64,000 bases of DNA from an uncultured bacterium (GCA_949284035.1 CASDUQ010000045.1:71170-135169); one strand, 5' to 3'; numbered from the stretch's first letter, positions 8,660 to 20,135 are shown. The notes: generated by a model not told the origin, from the letters alone. A program made the numbers and translations.

Positions 8660-11600
8660 ATGGACTTTTTTAACTCACTATCTCAAATAGCAAAAAACAA
8701 AAATAATTTTAATAAATGGGAAGAAAATCAACGACAGGAACAGGCGCAGCGCGAAGAACTTTATAAAAGGCGCCAATATACTCCTGAAGAACTAGCTAAT
8801 GCAAAAGCTCTAGGCAAAGATATTATGGATGTTGTTGACATAATGGACAACCACTCAGAAAGTGTTGCCGAAAACGTTGAAACAGCACTTCAGCCTATTG
8901 TTGCCGGAATTCCATTGTTGACAGCATTCGGAAGTGCATTTGCTTATGCAAAATTTATTGCAAACCCTATGTATAAAAAAATCTGGGAATCTAGAGAGAA
9001 ACTTGGAAAAAATGAAGAAGCACAAAAACTTTGTGAAAAAATAACAGAATTTAATAAACAAAACGGTAAATCTAATCCATATTTCGGGACTTGGGAACTT
9101 ACACACGAAGACAGCATTAAAAAGATAAAAGATCAGAGCCTTAAAACCGAAGCAATGAAGTATTACACTAAATTCAGGCAAGATACGGCTCAACTGAGAC
9201 ATAAAAACACTTTAGGCATATACGGTGCTGTTGCGGCATTTTTACTGTCATTTGTAGCCGCAAACATTTACGCGGCAAAACTTCAGGTAGACAGCTCCAA
9301 AATTGCCAGATATCAAGCAAGAAAAGCCCTTGAAGATCCAAAGGCCTTTGTCAACTATACGCCGGAGCAAATTGAAAAAGCGAAACAAGAAATTGCAGAA
9401 CATCCGGAACTAAAAAAACAGAAAAAGAAAGAAAAACTAAAAACCGGTATGATGCCAAGTATTATTAATCTGTTTAAAGATAGAAAGGCTTATAAAAATG
9501 CAATAAAAAATGATACTGACGAATCCAAAAAAGTAATGCGGGATTTATCCCCTGAAGAACTTATTCAAGCCAAAAAAGATAAAGAAGTTCTTCAAAGAAC
9601 AGTACGTTTGATAAATAACGAAGCAGAAAAATACTCTGAAAATATGGAAGTTGCATCACAGGTCTTCATAAACGGAACGCCTCTACTAGGTGCCGGTGTC
9701 GGCCTTATTATCAGTACAATTATGAACAAAACAGGCGTACTTGATAAAATTATAGGCAATAACATTGCTAAAAACGGCTCAGAAAAAACTAAAGAATTAT
9801 ATAAAGAATTTAGACAATTGAAAGAAAAAGACCCCGGATATCATTTAAGATGGAAAAAATTCTACAATTCATTTATGGACGATGTAAATAATATTTCTAA
9901 CCAGATGAATAAAAATGAACTCCGCCCCGGTAAAAGAGCACCTAAAAACATAATAAAAACAACAAAAAGAATGATAATAGGTTTAACAGCACACAAATGG
10001 GGCAGAAAGGGTATAATCGGCGGAATAGGTTCTCTGGTTACGGGTTTTGCAGGGCTTTTAATAGGTCTTAAACTTCAAAAATCCGCAGCAAGAGCCGGCA
10101 GATATACCGCAAAACGAGAACTGGAAAAAGACCCGAGAAACTTTATCGGCTATACAGAAGAAGATTATGAAGAAGTTAAGGATATAAAAAATACAAAAAA
10201 ATCCGAATCCAAGTTTAAAGAATATGCTTTGTTCATTCCAAATGTAATAAAGCAGTATTATGCTTATGAAAAATATAAAAATACGGAATTAAAAGAAAAT
10301 CAACTTTTGCAGGAGCAATTGGAAAAACAGGATATAACAGAAGAACAATTGCGTGATGCAAAAAATTTACAGAGAAAATTGTTTAACACATTTGAAAAAG
10401 TGGATGATAATTCTCAAACATACTCTGAATCTATGGAAGCCGCAGTTGAAATTGCACAGCCGATTGTAGCCTACGGCGGGATGTTAGCAATGATTGCACC
10501 ATTCATATATATTGGGACACAGGTTAAAAAAGGAAAGATATCAGGAGCAAAAATCCTTGATAAAGTTGTAGGATTTTTCAGCAAGTCAAGCGAAAAATTA
10601 CAAAGCAAACGTTTCAAAAAATACTTAAGTAATGTCGAAAAGAATATTCCGTATAAAGTTCGTGGAACAAATGTAAAACATAAACCGGCAGCAATACTTA
10701 TGAATGGCATTGATCTGCAAAATGATTCAATATTAAATATTGCATCTAAAGCGTTTAAAAATCTCCAAAATTCAACAACAGAATTGAGAAAATTACCTGA
10801 ACACGAACAATGGAATCAAATGTACAATTTCAGAGAAACACTGAAATCATATTTGATATTAAAAGACAAAAATACTGCAGAGAAAATTGATAAAGTATTA
10901 GAACAGATAAATACAACACCGGCTGGCATACGCGCAGATATGCTGGATATTCTATTAAATCCGCAAAATATTAAAAATATGCCTAAAGAAAATTATGACA
11001 AAGCATATTTCAGACTGCGCAGCATTATAGAAAATTCTATAGGCAGAGAAAAAATTGATAACTTCTACTCAGGAGTTCAAAATATGTTAAAAGAGTTACC
11101 TTTAGATAACTTAGAAACAAACATTACCCAATTATATAAAGATATGCCACAATTAGAAAAAGTAATATCGAAATCTAAGGTAGATTCATCCCTCAAAACA
11201 ATAAAAGAAATTGTTAATGAAAAAAGTCAAAATATGTTTTCATATAGTCTTGACGATATTATAGACAATATATTCAGCCAGAAAAATGTGGTAGAAGCCA
11301 TAAATACAATGAAAAAATTGTCAAATACTATAAAAACTGTTCCTGAAATTGCAAATAAAAATCCTGAATTAAACGGAATAATTAATTTACTTAAATCAAA
11401 AACTATTCCAATTGATAGAAGTATTCTTACGGAATTAGAAAAATTAAATGTTACAGTTAAACCCGTAAATGGGGAAATCACTCTTGAAGAAGCTGTAAAT
11501 TTATACTCCAAGGTAAAAGACAAAATTAAAGCATTAAAAATAAAAGATTTTTACAATAATATGCCTGAACAATTCCGTAACCCGAAAAATTCTATAGCAT

Positions 11601-12106
11601 CATTCAAATCTCATATTGAAAAACTCTCCGATGAACAATTTGCACAGCAAATGGAAAATATCGGTTTCAGCAGTATGGATAAAGCAACTATGCTGAAAAT
11701 TCTGCCCAAAGTAGAAAAAATTCTTGATAATATCCCAAAAGAAGAAATGCAGAAAATATGGACAACAATAATAAAAGAGTTTAATGAACATCCTGATGAA
11801 TTTATTAAACTTGTAAAATCAGGCAAAGTAGGCAGTTTGTTTATGACCCCGGGTTTGAAAAAAGCAATAGCCGCAATAGGAATTTCATGGACGGTATTTA
11901 CACTTGCCATAACTTATGCCATTGAATCATGGCTTGCGGATATGCAGTTAAAAGCAGGACGTTTGGGTGTTATGAAGGCAATCGAATCTCTTGATGATCC
12001 AAGATATTATGCAAATGTTGAACCTGTTGAAACTCCAAAACAGCCGCAAGACTCTCCGGCATTTACTGCAGATTCAAACCTTCTTGCAAGAATAAAGAAA
12101 AATTAG
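8660..12106 (+). CDS. 1148-aa hypothetical membrane protein with three internal repeat modules
   Basis: Long ORF with SD; recurring motifs (see findings); several hydrophobic helices. Confidence 0.85.
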   Translation: MDFFNSLSQIAKNKNNFNKWEENQRQEQAQREELYKRRQYTPEELANAKALGKDIMDVVDIMDNHSESVAENVETALQPIVAGIPLLTAFGSAFAYAKFIANPMYKKIWESREKLGKNEEAQKLCEKITEFNKQNGKSNPYFGTWELTHEDSIKKIKDQSLKTEAMKYYTKFRQDTAQLRHKNTLGIYGAVAAFLLSFVAANIYAAKLQVDSSKIARYQARKALEDPKAFVNYTPEQIEKAKQEIAEHPELKKQKKKEKLKTGMMPSIINLFKDRKAYKNAIKNDTDESKKVMRDLSPEELIQAKKDKEVLQRTVRLINNEAEKYSENMEVASQVFINGTPLLGAGVGLIISTIMNKTGVLDKIIGNNIAKNGSEKTKELYKEFRQLKEKDPGYHLRWKKFYNSFMDDVNNISNQMNKNELRPGKRAPKNIIKTTKRMIIGLTAHKWGRKGIIGGIGSLVTGFAGLLIGLKLQKSAARAGRYTAKRELEKDPRNFIGYTEEDYEEVKDIKNTKKSESKFKEYALFIPNVIKQYYAYEKYKNTELKENQLLQEQLEKQDITEEQLRDAKNLQRKLFNTFEKVDDNSQTYSESMEAAVEIAQPIVAYGGMLAMIAPFIYIGTQVKKGKISGAKILDKVVGFFSKSSEKLQSKRFKKYLSNVEKNIPYKVRGTNVKHKPAAILMNGIDLQNDSILNIASKAFKNLQNSTTELRKLPEHEQWNQMYNFRETLKSYLILKDKNTAEKIDKVLEQINTTPAGIRADMLDILLNPQNIKNMPKENYDKAYFRLRSIIENSIGREKIDNFYSGVQNMLKELPLDNLETNITQLYKDMPQLEKVISKSKVDSSLKTIKEIVNEKSQNMFSYSLDDIIDNIFSQKNVVEAINTMKKLSNTIKTVPEIANKNPELNGIINLLKSKTIPIDRSILTELEKLNVTVKPVNGEITLEEAVNLYSKVKDKIKALKIKDFYNNMPEQFRNPKNSIASFKSHIEKLSDEQFAQQMENIGFSSMDKATMLKILPKVEKILDNIPKEEMQKIWTTIIKEFNEHPDEFIKLVKSGKVGSLFMTPGLKKAIAAIGISWTVFTLAITYAIESWLADMQLKAGRLGVMKAIESLDDPRYYANVEPVETPKQPQDSPAFTADSNLLARIKKN

Positions 12107-12184
12107 ACTTGAAACGTGTCTTATAAATTGCTACACAAAATCGTAAAGCAACTTATGCACTATGCCTCATTTGGTGGAACGCTT

Positions 12185-12904
12185 CTATTCGTTGAACTCT
12201 TGAATAGATATTGATTCAATACCCTCCATATTACGGTATGTTTTATATAAATCCTGAATGGGATGACGACCGACAAAGTCAAGGATTACAACTATTTTAG
12301 TCATATTATCATCCTGCTTATTCAACTTTCTTGAAATTTCCACAAGATACTTGCTGTTTTCAATAATATAATCATAAATTTTATTTGAATTTTCATTAAG
12401 GCAAGAAATACTCATTTTCAAACGTCTTGTATTTTTTGCACTCGATATAAGAAAATGTTTTTCAAAAAGCCTAACGGAAACAAGTACAATTATAGAGAAA
12501 ATTGTTGATAAAATTGCCAAAGTATACATTCCTGCACCGCATGCCATACCAATAGCCGCAGATACCCACAAAGTTGCAGCCGTTGTAAGCCCAAAAACAG
12601 TTGCACCATGCCTGAATACGGTACCTGCACCGATAAAACCGATACCGGTAACTACCTGTGCCGCAACACGAGCCGTATCTCTGGTTCCGAGTTCATCTCC
12701 GGTTACCGAAACTTCAGGAAAACCATAAATAGATATTATAGTAAAAATGCAAGCACCAAGACAAACAAGAATATTTGTCCTCAATCCTGCATACTTATTT
12801 GTCATTTCACGTTCAAGCCCAATTGCAAAGCCTAAAAGCAAAGCTGACAACACCCTTATAATTATTGTTAAATCAAAAGCTATTCCAGTGTTAGATAAAT
12901 CCAT
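12185..12904 (-). CDS. MgtC/SapB family protein with C-terminal ACT-like domain
   Basis: IGLERE, AGLRTNILVCLGA, RVAAQVVTGIGFIGAG, GLTTAATLW. Confidence 0.9.
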   Translation of the reverse strand: MDLSNTGIAFDLTIIIRVLSALLLGFAIGLEREMTNKYAGLRTNILVCLGACIFTIISIYGFPEVSVTGDELGTRDTARVAAQVVTGIGFIGAGTVFRHGATVFGLTTAATLWVSAAIGMACGAGMYTLAILSTIFSIIVLVSVRLFEKHFLISSAKNTRRLKMSISCLNENSNKIYDYIIENSKYLVEISRKLNKQDDNMTKIVVILDFVGRHPIQDLYKTYRNMEGIESISIQEFNE

Positions 12905-12927
12905 TTATTCTCTCCATTTACAAAAGC

Positions 12928-13995
12928 TTATCTTATCTTGCTTTTCGGGTCAAGCACATCTCTTATTGTATCACCTATAAGGTTAAATGCCAATACTGCA
13001 ATAAAAATTAAAAATCCGGGTGTCAAAAGCCATGGGCGGTAAATTATATTTGTATATTCCTGAGCCTCTTTAAGCATGTTACCCCAGCTTGCATCAGGCT
13101 GCTGAATACCAAGCCCCAAAAAACTTAAACCAGATTCCGATAAAATATAAGACGGAACAGAAAGAGTCATTGCAACAATGACAAAGCTTGTTGTCTGGGG
13201 GAGAATATGTTTTATGATAATTCTTAAACGTGATGCACCTATTGATTTTGCAGCCTGAACATATTCCTGATTTTTTATTGATAAAACCATACCTCTTACA
13301 ACTCTTGCAAACCCAGCCCAGCCGATAAGCGCAAGGATTATTACAATAAGCATAAACCTTTGTACGCTTGTCATGCCTGAAGGAAGAATTGAAGCCAAAA
13401 TAATCAAAAGATAAAAACTCGGAATAGACATAATGGCTTCTGCAAACCTCATCATAATCATATCAGTTTTACCGCCGAAATATCCGGCAATACCGCCGTA
13501 TAAAAGTCCAATAGGGAAAAGAACGAACAATGCCAAAAATCCTATTGTCATAGAAATTCTTCCTCCGAAAAGGATTCTTGAAAATACGTCCCGCCCGTTA
13601 ATATCCGTACCGAGCAAAAACAATCTTCCATCCTTATCAGTTGTTACAAGATGACGTTTCATCGGGATTAAACCCAAAAATTTATAAGGCTGCCCCTGAG
13701 CAAAAAATTTAATGTAATGTTTTTGGCTTCTGTCAAGTGTATAAATAATTTTCAAATCATGAGAGTCAAACTCACGTTTATAATTATAGGTATAAGGTTT
13801 TGATAACTTTCCGTTTTCATCTATGGTAAAAATTTTAGAAGGCGGAACATACGCCATTGACCTGTCTGAAAAATCCTTGGTATAAGGAGCAATAAAGTCA
13901 GCAAAAAGCAGAGCAAAATAAATTATCCCGAGTATAATAACGGCAATTCTTGCAAATTTGTCTTTCCATAACTGTTTAATCAAATCTCTAATCAT
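12928..13995 (-). CDS. Peptide ABC transporter permease (OppC/DppC type)
   Basis: LGTDINGRDVFSR, YVQAAKSIGAS, ESGLSFLGLG..SWG. Confidence 0.95.
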   Translation of the reverse strand: MIRDLIKQLWKDKFARIAVIILGIIYFALLFADFIAPYTKDFSDRSMAYVPPSKIFTIDENGKLSKPYTYNYKREFDSHDLKIIYTLDRSQKHYIKFFAQGQPYKFLGLIPMKRHLVTTDKDGRLFLLGTDINGRDVFSRILFGGRISMTIGFLALFVLFPIGLLYGGIAGYFGGKTDMIMMRFAEAIMSIPSFYLLIILASILPSGMTSVQRFMLIVIILALIGWAGFARVVRGMVLSIKNQEYVQAAKSIGASRLRIIIKHILPQTTSFVIVAMTLSVPSYILSESGLSFLGLGIQQPDASWGNMLKEAQEYTNIIYRPWLLTPGFLIFIAVLAFNLIGDTIRDVLDPKSKIR

Positions 13996-14969
13996 GCCTG
14001 ACTCCCTTCTCTAATTCTCGGATCAGTAATTATAAGAAGAATATCAGCAATTAAATTCCCGAGAATAAGCATAACAGCCCCCATCATTAATGAAGCCATA
14101 ACAAGGTTTATATCAGATTTCAAAACCGCTTCTAAGATTAAACGCCCCAGTCCGGGGTATTGAAAAACGTATTCTGTCAAAGCTGCACCGCTTAAAAGAC
14201 CCGCAAACTCAAAACCCAAAAGCGTTATAAGAGGATTTACGGCATTTCTCAATGCATGTTTAAATATAACTTTAAATTCACTAAGTCCTTTTGCTCTGGC
14301 AAATTTAACATAGTCGCTGTCAAGAACATCCAGAAGATTTCCCCTCATCTGTCTTTGCAAACCCGCCAGAGACAGGGTAAATAATACTGTTACAGGAAGC
14401 ACTAAATGGTGCGTAATATCCCAAACTTTTTGCCCGAAATTCATTTCTAAAAAGTTAGAGCTTGTAAGTCCGCCGACAGGAAACCATCCCGTTTTAACAG
14501 CAAAGATTAAGAGTAAAACAGCAAAGAAAAACGAGGGTATTGCCATTCCGATACTCGTAAGAACAGTTAAAATCCTGTCAAAAGACGTTTTCCAGTAAAC
14601 AGCAGCAAGAATTCCCAGAGGAACTCCGACAGCCCATGATAAAAATATTACAATTACCGTTAACAGCAAAGTATTTGGAATACGTTCTTTTAACTTTGTA
14701 CTTACCTGCTCGCCGTTTGAGGTTACCCCCAAGTCGCCTTTTACAAAAGATTTTGCCCATTTACCATACTGAACAATTATAGGTTTATCCAGCCCCAGAC
14801 GTTCTGTCTCCTTTTGCAGAGTTTCTTTTGAAACAGATGGGTTAAGTCTCAATTCCGCAAGAGGATCAACAGGCGACAAGCGGATTATAAAAAAGCTTAT
14901 CAGTGAAACAATTATAAGCAATGGTATTGTTTGAAGTATTCTTTTAAATATATAGATTAGTATTTGCAT
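13992..14969 (-). CDS. Peptide ABC transporter permease (OppB/DppB type)
   Basis: LGLDKPIIVQY, DYVKFARAKGL, KHALRNA, VFQYPGLG. Confidence 0.95.
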   Translation of the reverse strand: MQILIYIFKRILQTIPLLIIVSLISFFIIRLSPVDPLAELRLNPSVSKETLQKETERLGLDKPIIVQYGKWAKSFVKGDLGVTSNGEQVSTKLKERIPNTLLLTVIVIFLSWAVGVPLGILAAVYWKTSFDRILTVLTSIGMAIPSFFFAVLLLIFAVKTGWFPVGGLTSSNFLEMNFGQKVWDITHHLVLPVTVLFTLSLAGLQRQMRGNLLDVLDSDYVKFARAKGLSEFKVIFKHALRNAVNPLITLLGFEFAGLLSGAALTEYVFQYPGLGRLILEAVLKSDINLVMASLMMGAVMLILGNLIADILLIITDPRIREGSQA

Positions 14970-14985
14970 TGTCTTTCCTTATTTG

Positions 14986-15068
14986 GAAGATAAGAGGGTA
15001 AGAAGATATGAAGATAGGCCGGTTTCTAAAAATTGCTTATCTTCTTATCCTCCTGGCTTCTTATCTTC
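14986..15068. repeat. 83-bp palindrome with octamer-built arms, copy 1
   Basis: 34-bp arms (G + 4 x ARGATARG-like + C) around a 15-nt loop; right arm overlaps the 3' end of the SBP gene. Confidence 0.85.
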
Positions 15069-16898
15069 ATTAATATATATTTCCTCAATGTTATGCGTAA
15101 CTCCGCCTAAGCTTGTCGGATAAATATTTTTAAATTTATTTCTTAAAGCGACAATTCTTATAGGAGAATAAATATATATCAAAGGCTTTTCATCATACAC
15201 AATAGCCTGATATTCATCATAATATTTTTTTCTGTCCTTAAACTTTGTTGCAAGTGCACCTTGAGTATAAAGGTAATCCAGACGGGTTTCAAACGGATAT
15301 CGCTTGCTGTTTAAATCCTTTTCTAACCTCTGATTAAATATATGCAAAGTCCCGTCAGAAAGCCAGACATTTTTACCGCCGTTCGGCTCCAGTGGAGAAC
15401 CGGTAAATCCCATTATCACCATATCCCAATCTAACGTTGCCATAAGTTTATTTACAAGAGAGTTAAATTCAATAGGTTTAAAATTAACTTTCATCCCTAA
15501 ATCTTCCAGGTCCTGTTTTACCATTACTCCTATTGCTTCACGTTCAGTATTTCCCGCATTTGTGTAAAGATCAAATTCAACATGATTTCCGAATTTGTCT
15601 ATCAAATGTCCGGCTTTGTCCCAGTTAAAACCTGATTTTTTTAATAACTCTTTTGATTTTTCAAGATTTCTGTCATAACCTTTTAATTCTTTATTCAAAA
15701 AGATTGAGTTTAGCGTTTCAGGAGTAAAAAGAGGTTCTGCAAGTCCGTTTGCAATATTAAATACCATATTTTTTCTATCTATTGCATAATCTACTGCCTG
15801 CCTGAAATTTTTATCCTGAAACCAAACCTGTTTTTTAGGATCAACATAATATTTACCTTTATCGTCTTTGCGGTTATTCATATTCATAGAAATATACATG
15901 GTTCCCGTATCAGGCCCTATATTGTAAACAGTGAAATTGCCATGTTTTTCCATTTCTTTAAAACGTGCAACATTTGCTCCCTGCAGACTAATCTCATCAA
16001 GTTCCCCGCCTTCAAACTTTAAAACCTGGTTGTTTATATCACCTACTATCAAGTAAACTATTTTATCAAGGTACGGAAGTTTTTTCCCGTCCTTATTTAT
16101 AACGTAATAATCAGGATTTTTTTCAAACACAACCCTTTGCGCCGGAACATATTCTTTCAGTTTGAAAGCTCCTGAGGTTACAAAATCTTTTGGCGGAGTA
16201 TTTGTGGAGAGAAAGCCCTCAAAATACGCCTTACCGCGTTTGACAGCAGGTTCAAAAATATGTTTCGGAGCAATCGGAGATGAAAGCATTCTTAAAAACG
16301 GTGCAAAAGGTTCAGGGGTTACAAATTTCACCGTATAATCATCAATTTTTTGAACAGTCGGCAATTTTCCGTCAATTACTATAGAATCTCTGATTGAAGT
16401 ATTGCCGAATCCATCAAAAATTATATTCTGCCATGTAAATACAACATCATCAGCCGTTATAGGCTTGCCGTCAGACCACTTTAAACCATGCCTTAAATTA
16501 ACAATATATTCTTTTCCGTTTACGGTAAAAGATTTTGCAAGTTTCGGGATAGTATTACCCGTAACCGGATCAGTAGTAACTAATCCGTCATACATAATTT
16601 CTGACATCTGAGAAGAGATGTTATCTTTCGAATTAAACGGATTAAAAGTTTTAGGCCCTTCTCCTATTGTTGATGAAACAAAAGTCCCGCCGAATTTTCC
16701 AACAGGCGCCTGTGATTTAAGGTAATCTATACCATCTATCGTAACATTTTTTTCTAACGGATATTGGGCATCTTTAATTTCTGCTTTATCTCGCAAAACA
16801 GGCTTATTAAAATCAGGCTGCACGTCGGCTCTTATACAAGCTTTCCCGACTCCTAAAATTATTAGTAAAACTAAGATAACATAAATAACCCGTTTCAT
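15045..16898 (-). CDS. Peptide ABC transporter substrate-binding protein (SBP family 5)
   Basis: PKTFNP, YDGLV..DP, LRHGLKWSDGKPITADDVVFT, NFRQAVDYAIDR. Confidence 0.95.
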   Translation of the reverse strand: MKRVIYVILVLLIILGVGKACIRADVQPDFNKPVLRDKAEIKDAQYPLEKNVTIDGIDYLKSQAPVGKFGGTFVSSTIGEGPKTFNPFNSKDNISSQMSEIMYDGLVTTDPVTGNTIPKLAKSFTVNGKEYIVNLRHGLKWSDGKPITADDVVFTWQNIIFDGFGNTSIRDSIVIDGKLPTVQKIDDYTVKFVTPEPFAPFLRMLSSPIAPKHIFEPAVKRGKAYFEGFLSTNTPPKDFVTSGAFKLKEYVPAQRVVFEKNPDYYVINKDGKKLPYLDKIVYLIVGDINNQVLKFEGGELDEISLQGANVARFKEMEKHGNFTVYNIGPDTGTMYISMNMNNRKDDKGKYYVDPKKQVWFQDKNFRQAVDYAIDRKNMVFNIANGLAEPLFTPETLNSIFLNKELKGYDRNLEKSKELLKKSGFNWDKAGHLIDKFGNHVEFDLYTNAGNTEREAIGVMVKQDLEDLGMKVNFKPIEFNSLVNKLMATLDWDMVIMGFTGSPLEPNGGKNVWLSDGTLHIFNQRLEKDLNSKRYPFETRLDYLYTQGALATKFKDRKKYYDEYQAIVYDEKPLIYIYSPIRIVALRNKFKNIYPTSLGGVTHNIEEIYINEDKKPGG

Positions 16899-16949
16899 AG
16901 TTTCAGGATAACATAAATATAAATTTTGTTTATAGCCTGAGTGTTGATT

Positions 16950-17830
16950 TTATTCCCACAGTTCACATTTTTTATCTTTTATATAATCCATGTTTCTTCC
17001 GTAAATAACATGTGCGGTACAGTAATCACCTCTATTCACCATATTATTATCGGAACTCATTCCTTCTAATTTAACCCCGGCAGGAATAATTTTATCCGCA
17101 TAAACGTAAAATGAAAATAAATCTACACCCATCTGATTAGGGCCTGCAAAGCCGTTTACATCAACCCTAAGTATTCCACAACTGGCCCAAGTATTAGTAC
17201 AGTCGGATTTGAATGTAATTGAAGAAAGCAACAATCCGTCATTTAATACCGCATTTGAATACCACTGCATTGTATTAAAATTTAGTCCAAAAGCATACGA
17301 ACCTAAAGAACTGTAACTAACATCAGGGAAACAACCGCTTTGTTTTTTCCCGCAGCTTTTTACCACATTCATATAAGGTAAAAGATAATACAGGATATCT
17401 TCTTCATCATTAGTTGAAGATTGATAATTTACAAGATTCCAACCAGAAATATCCCCATTGTCATTTTTTGCCATTATATACGCATTACTTATAACTGTAT
17501 AAAATTTATTCAATTTGGAAATTATAACCTGTTTTTTGTGATTTGCAATTAACGAAGGCATAGTCATTGCGGCAACCACGCCGATTATGCCAAGAGTTAT
17601 CAAAACCTCAGCCAGGGTAAAGGCAACACTTTCGGATGATAAGAGGATAGGAGGCTTAGAAGATAAGCCATTTACAATAAATTGCTTATCCTCATATCTT
17701 CTTACCTTCTTATCTTCTAATGTATTGGGATCCTGAAACGAGTTCAGGATGACTGAAAAACTAGCCTTCTTGCCCTCTGTTAGCTGGGAACGCCCCCCCC
17801 CCGACGTTTCAGGTTAATTAACTTTTTCAT
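16950..17830 (-). CDS. Type IV pilin-like gene, frameshifted (phase OFF) at a G10 tract
   Basis: SD GGAG + ATG 17830; G10 gives a stop after 16 aa; G11 or G8 opens an uninterrupted frame into VA|FTLAEVLITLGIIG and the ORF called at 16950-17603. Confidence 0.85.
17635..17717. repeat. 83-bp palindrome with octamer-built arms, copy 2 (inside pilin leader)
   Basis: Same 34/15/34 geometry as copy 1; loop also ends AAATT. Confidence 0.85.
17729..17753 (-). repeat. REP-like GTCAT palindrome (inside pilin leader)
   Basis: GTCATCCTGAACTCGTTTCAGGATC on the minus strand; related copies at 18329 and 30309. Confidence 0.8.
17793..17802 (-). repeat. G10 homopolymer (slippage tract)
   Basis: Ten C on the plus strand, starting in codon 10 of the pilin gene. 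Confidence 0.95.
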
Positions 17831-18036
17831 AACTCGCTCCTTTTTTAATATACAAACTCTATAAATCAATTATAGAATATTTTTATCAAATTTTCAAGTG
17901 GCAGATAAAACCGCATTGACTAAACTTTGGAATATTTATCCCAAAAATTAATTTTTCCTTAAGAAAATTAAATTTTTTATGAATTCGTTATATAAATATA
18001 ATGTAGACTTGAATTAGGAGAAAAGGAGAGAATATT

Positions 18037-18321
18037 ATGTTAAAACCATTAGGAGACAGAATTGTAATTAAAGTTATTGAAGATACTGAACAAACCTCAG
18101 GCGGTATTTTTATTCCTGACAGTGCTAAAGAAAAACCGCAAAAGGGTGAAGTTGTTGCAGTAGGTGCAGGTAAAATTAACGACAAAGGCGAAAGAGAACC
18201 TATGGACGTTAAAACCGGAGATACAATTCTTTATGCAAAATATGCAGGAACAGATATTAAAATTGATGGCGTAGAGTACAAAATTCTATCTGTAAAAGAC
18301 GCATTAGCAATTATTGAATAA
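18037..18321 (+). CDS. groES: Co-chaperonin GroES
   Basis: [34 protein letters not shown]. Confidence 0.98.
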   Translation: MLKPLGDRIVIKVIEDTEQTSGGIFIPDSAKEKPQKGEVVAVGAGKINDKGEREPMDVKTGDTILYAKYAGTDIKIDGVEYKILSVKDALAIIE

Positions 18322-18328
18322 ATAAACA

Positions 18329-18390
18329 GTCATCCTGAATTTATTTCAGGATTTCATGTTTATCAGATGCTGAAACAAGTTTAGCATGAC
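18329..18390. repeat. REP-like doublet (two inverted GTCAT palindromes) between groES and groEL
   Basis: GTCATCCTGAATTTATTTCAGGAT-14nt-ATGCTGAAACAAGTTTAGCATGAC. Confidence 0.8.
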
Positions 18391-18411
18391 AAATATAGTA
18401 AGGAGAAATAG

Positions 18412-20052
<1,641 letters not shown>

Positions 20053-20074
20053 TAAAATCACATCTATAAAATAG

Positions 20075-20108
20075 AAAAAAACAGGGATTATGCAATCCCT
20101 GTTTTTTT
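20075..20108. terminator. Bidirectional intrinsic terminator (groEL / cysK)
   Basis: AAAAAAACAGGGATT-ATGC-AATCCCTGTTTTTTT. Confidence 0.9.
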
Positions 20109-20135
20109 GCGTTAATAAAAATATACAGAATTATA

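Noticed and set aside
16899-16945. GTTATCCTGAAACT (minus strand) as a fourth REP copy
   Set aside because: Only a half-site with mismatches and a weak hairpin; possibly a remnant but not supportable.
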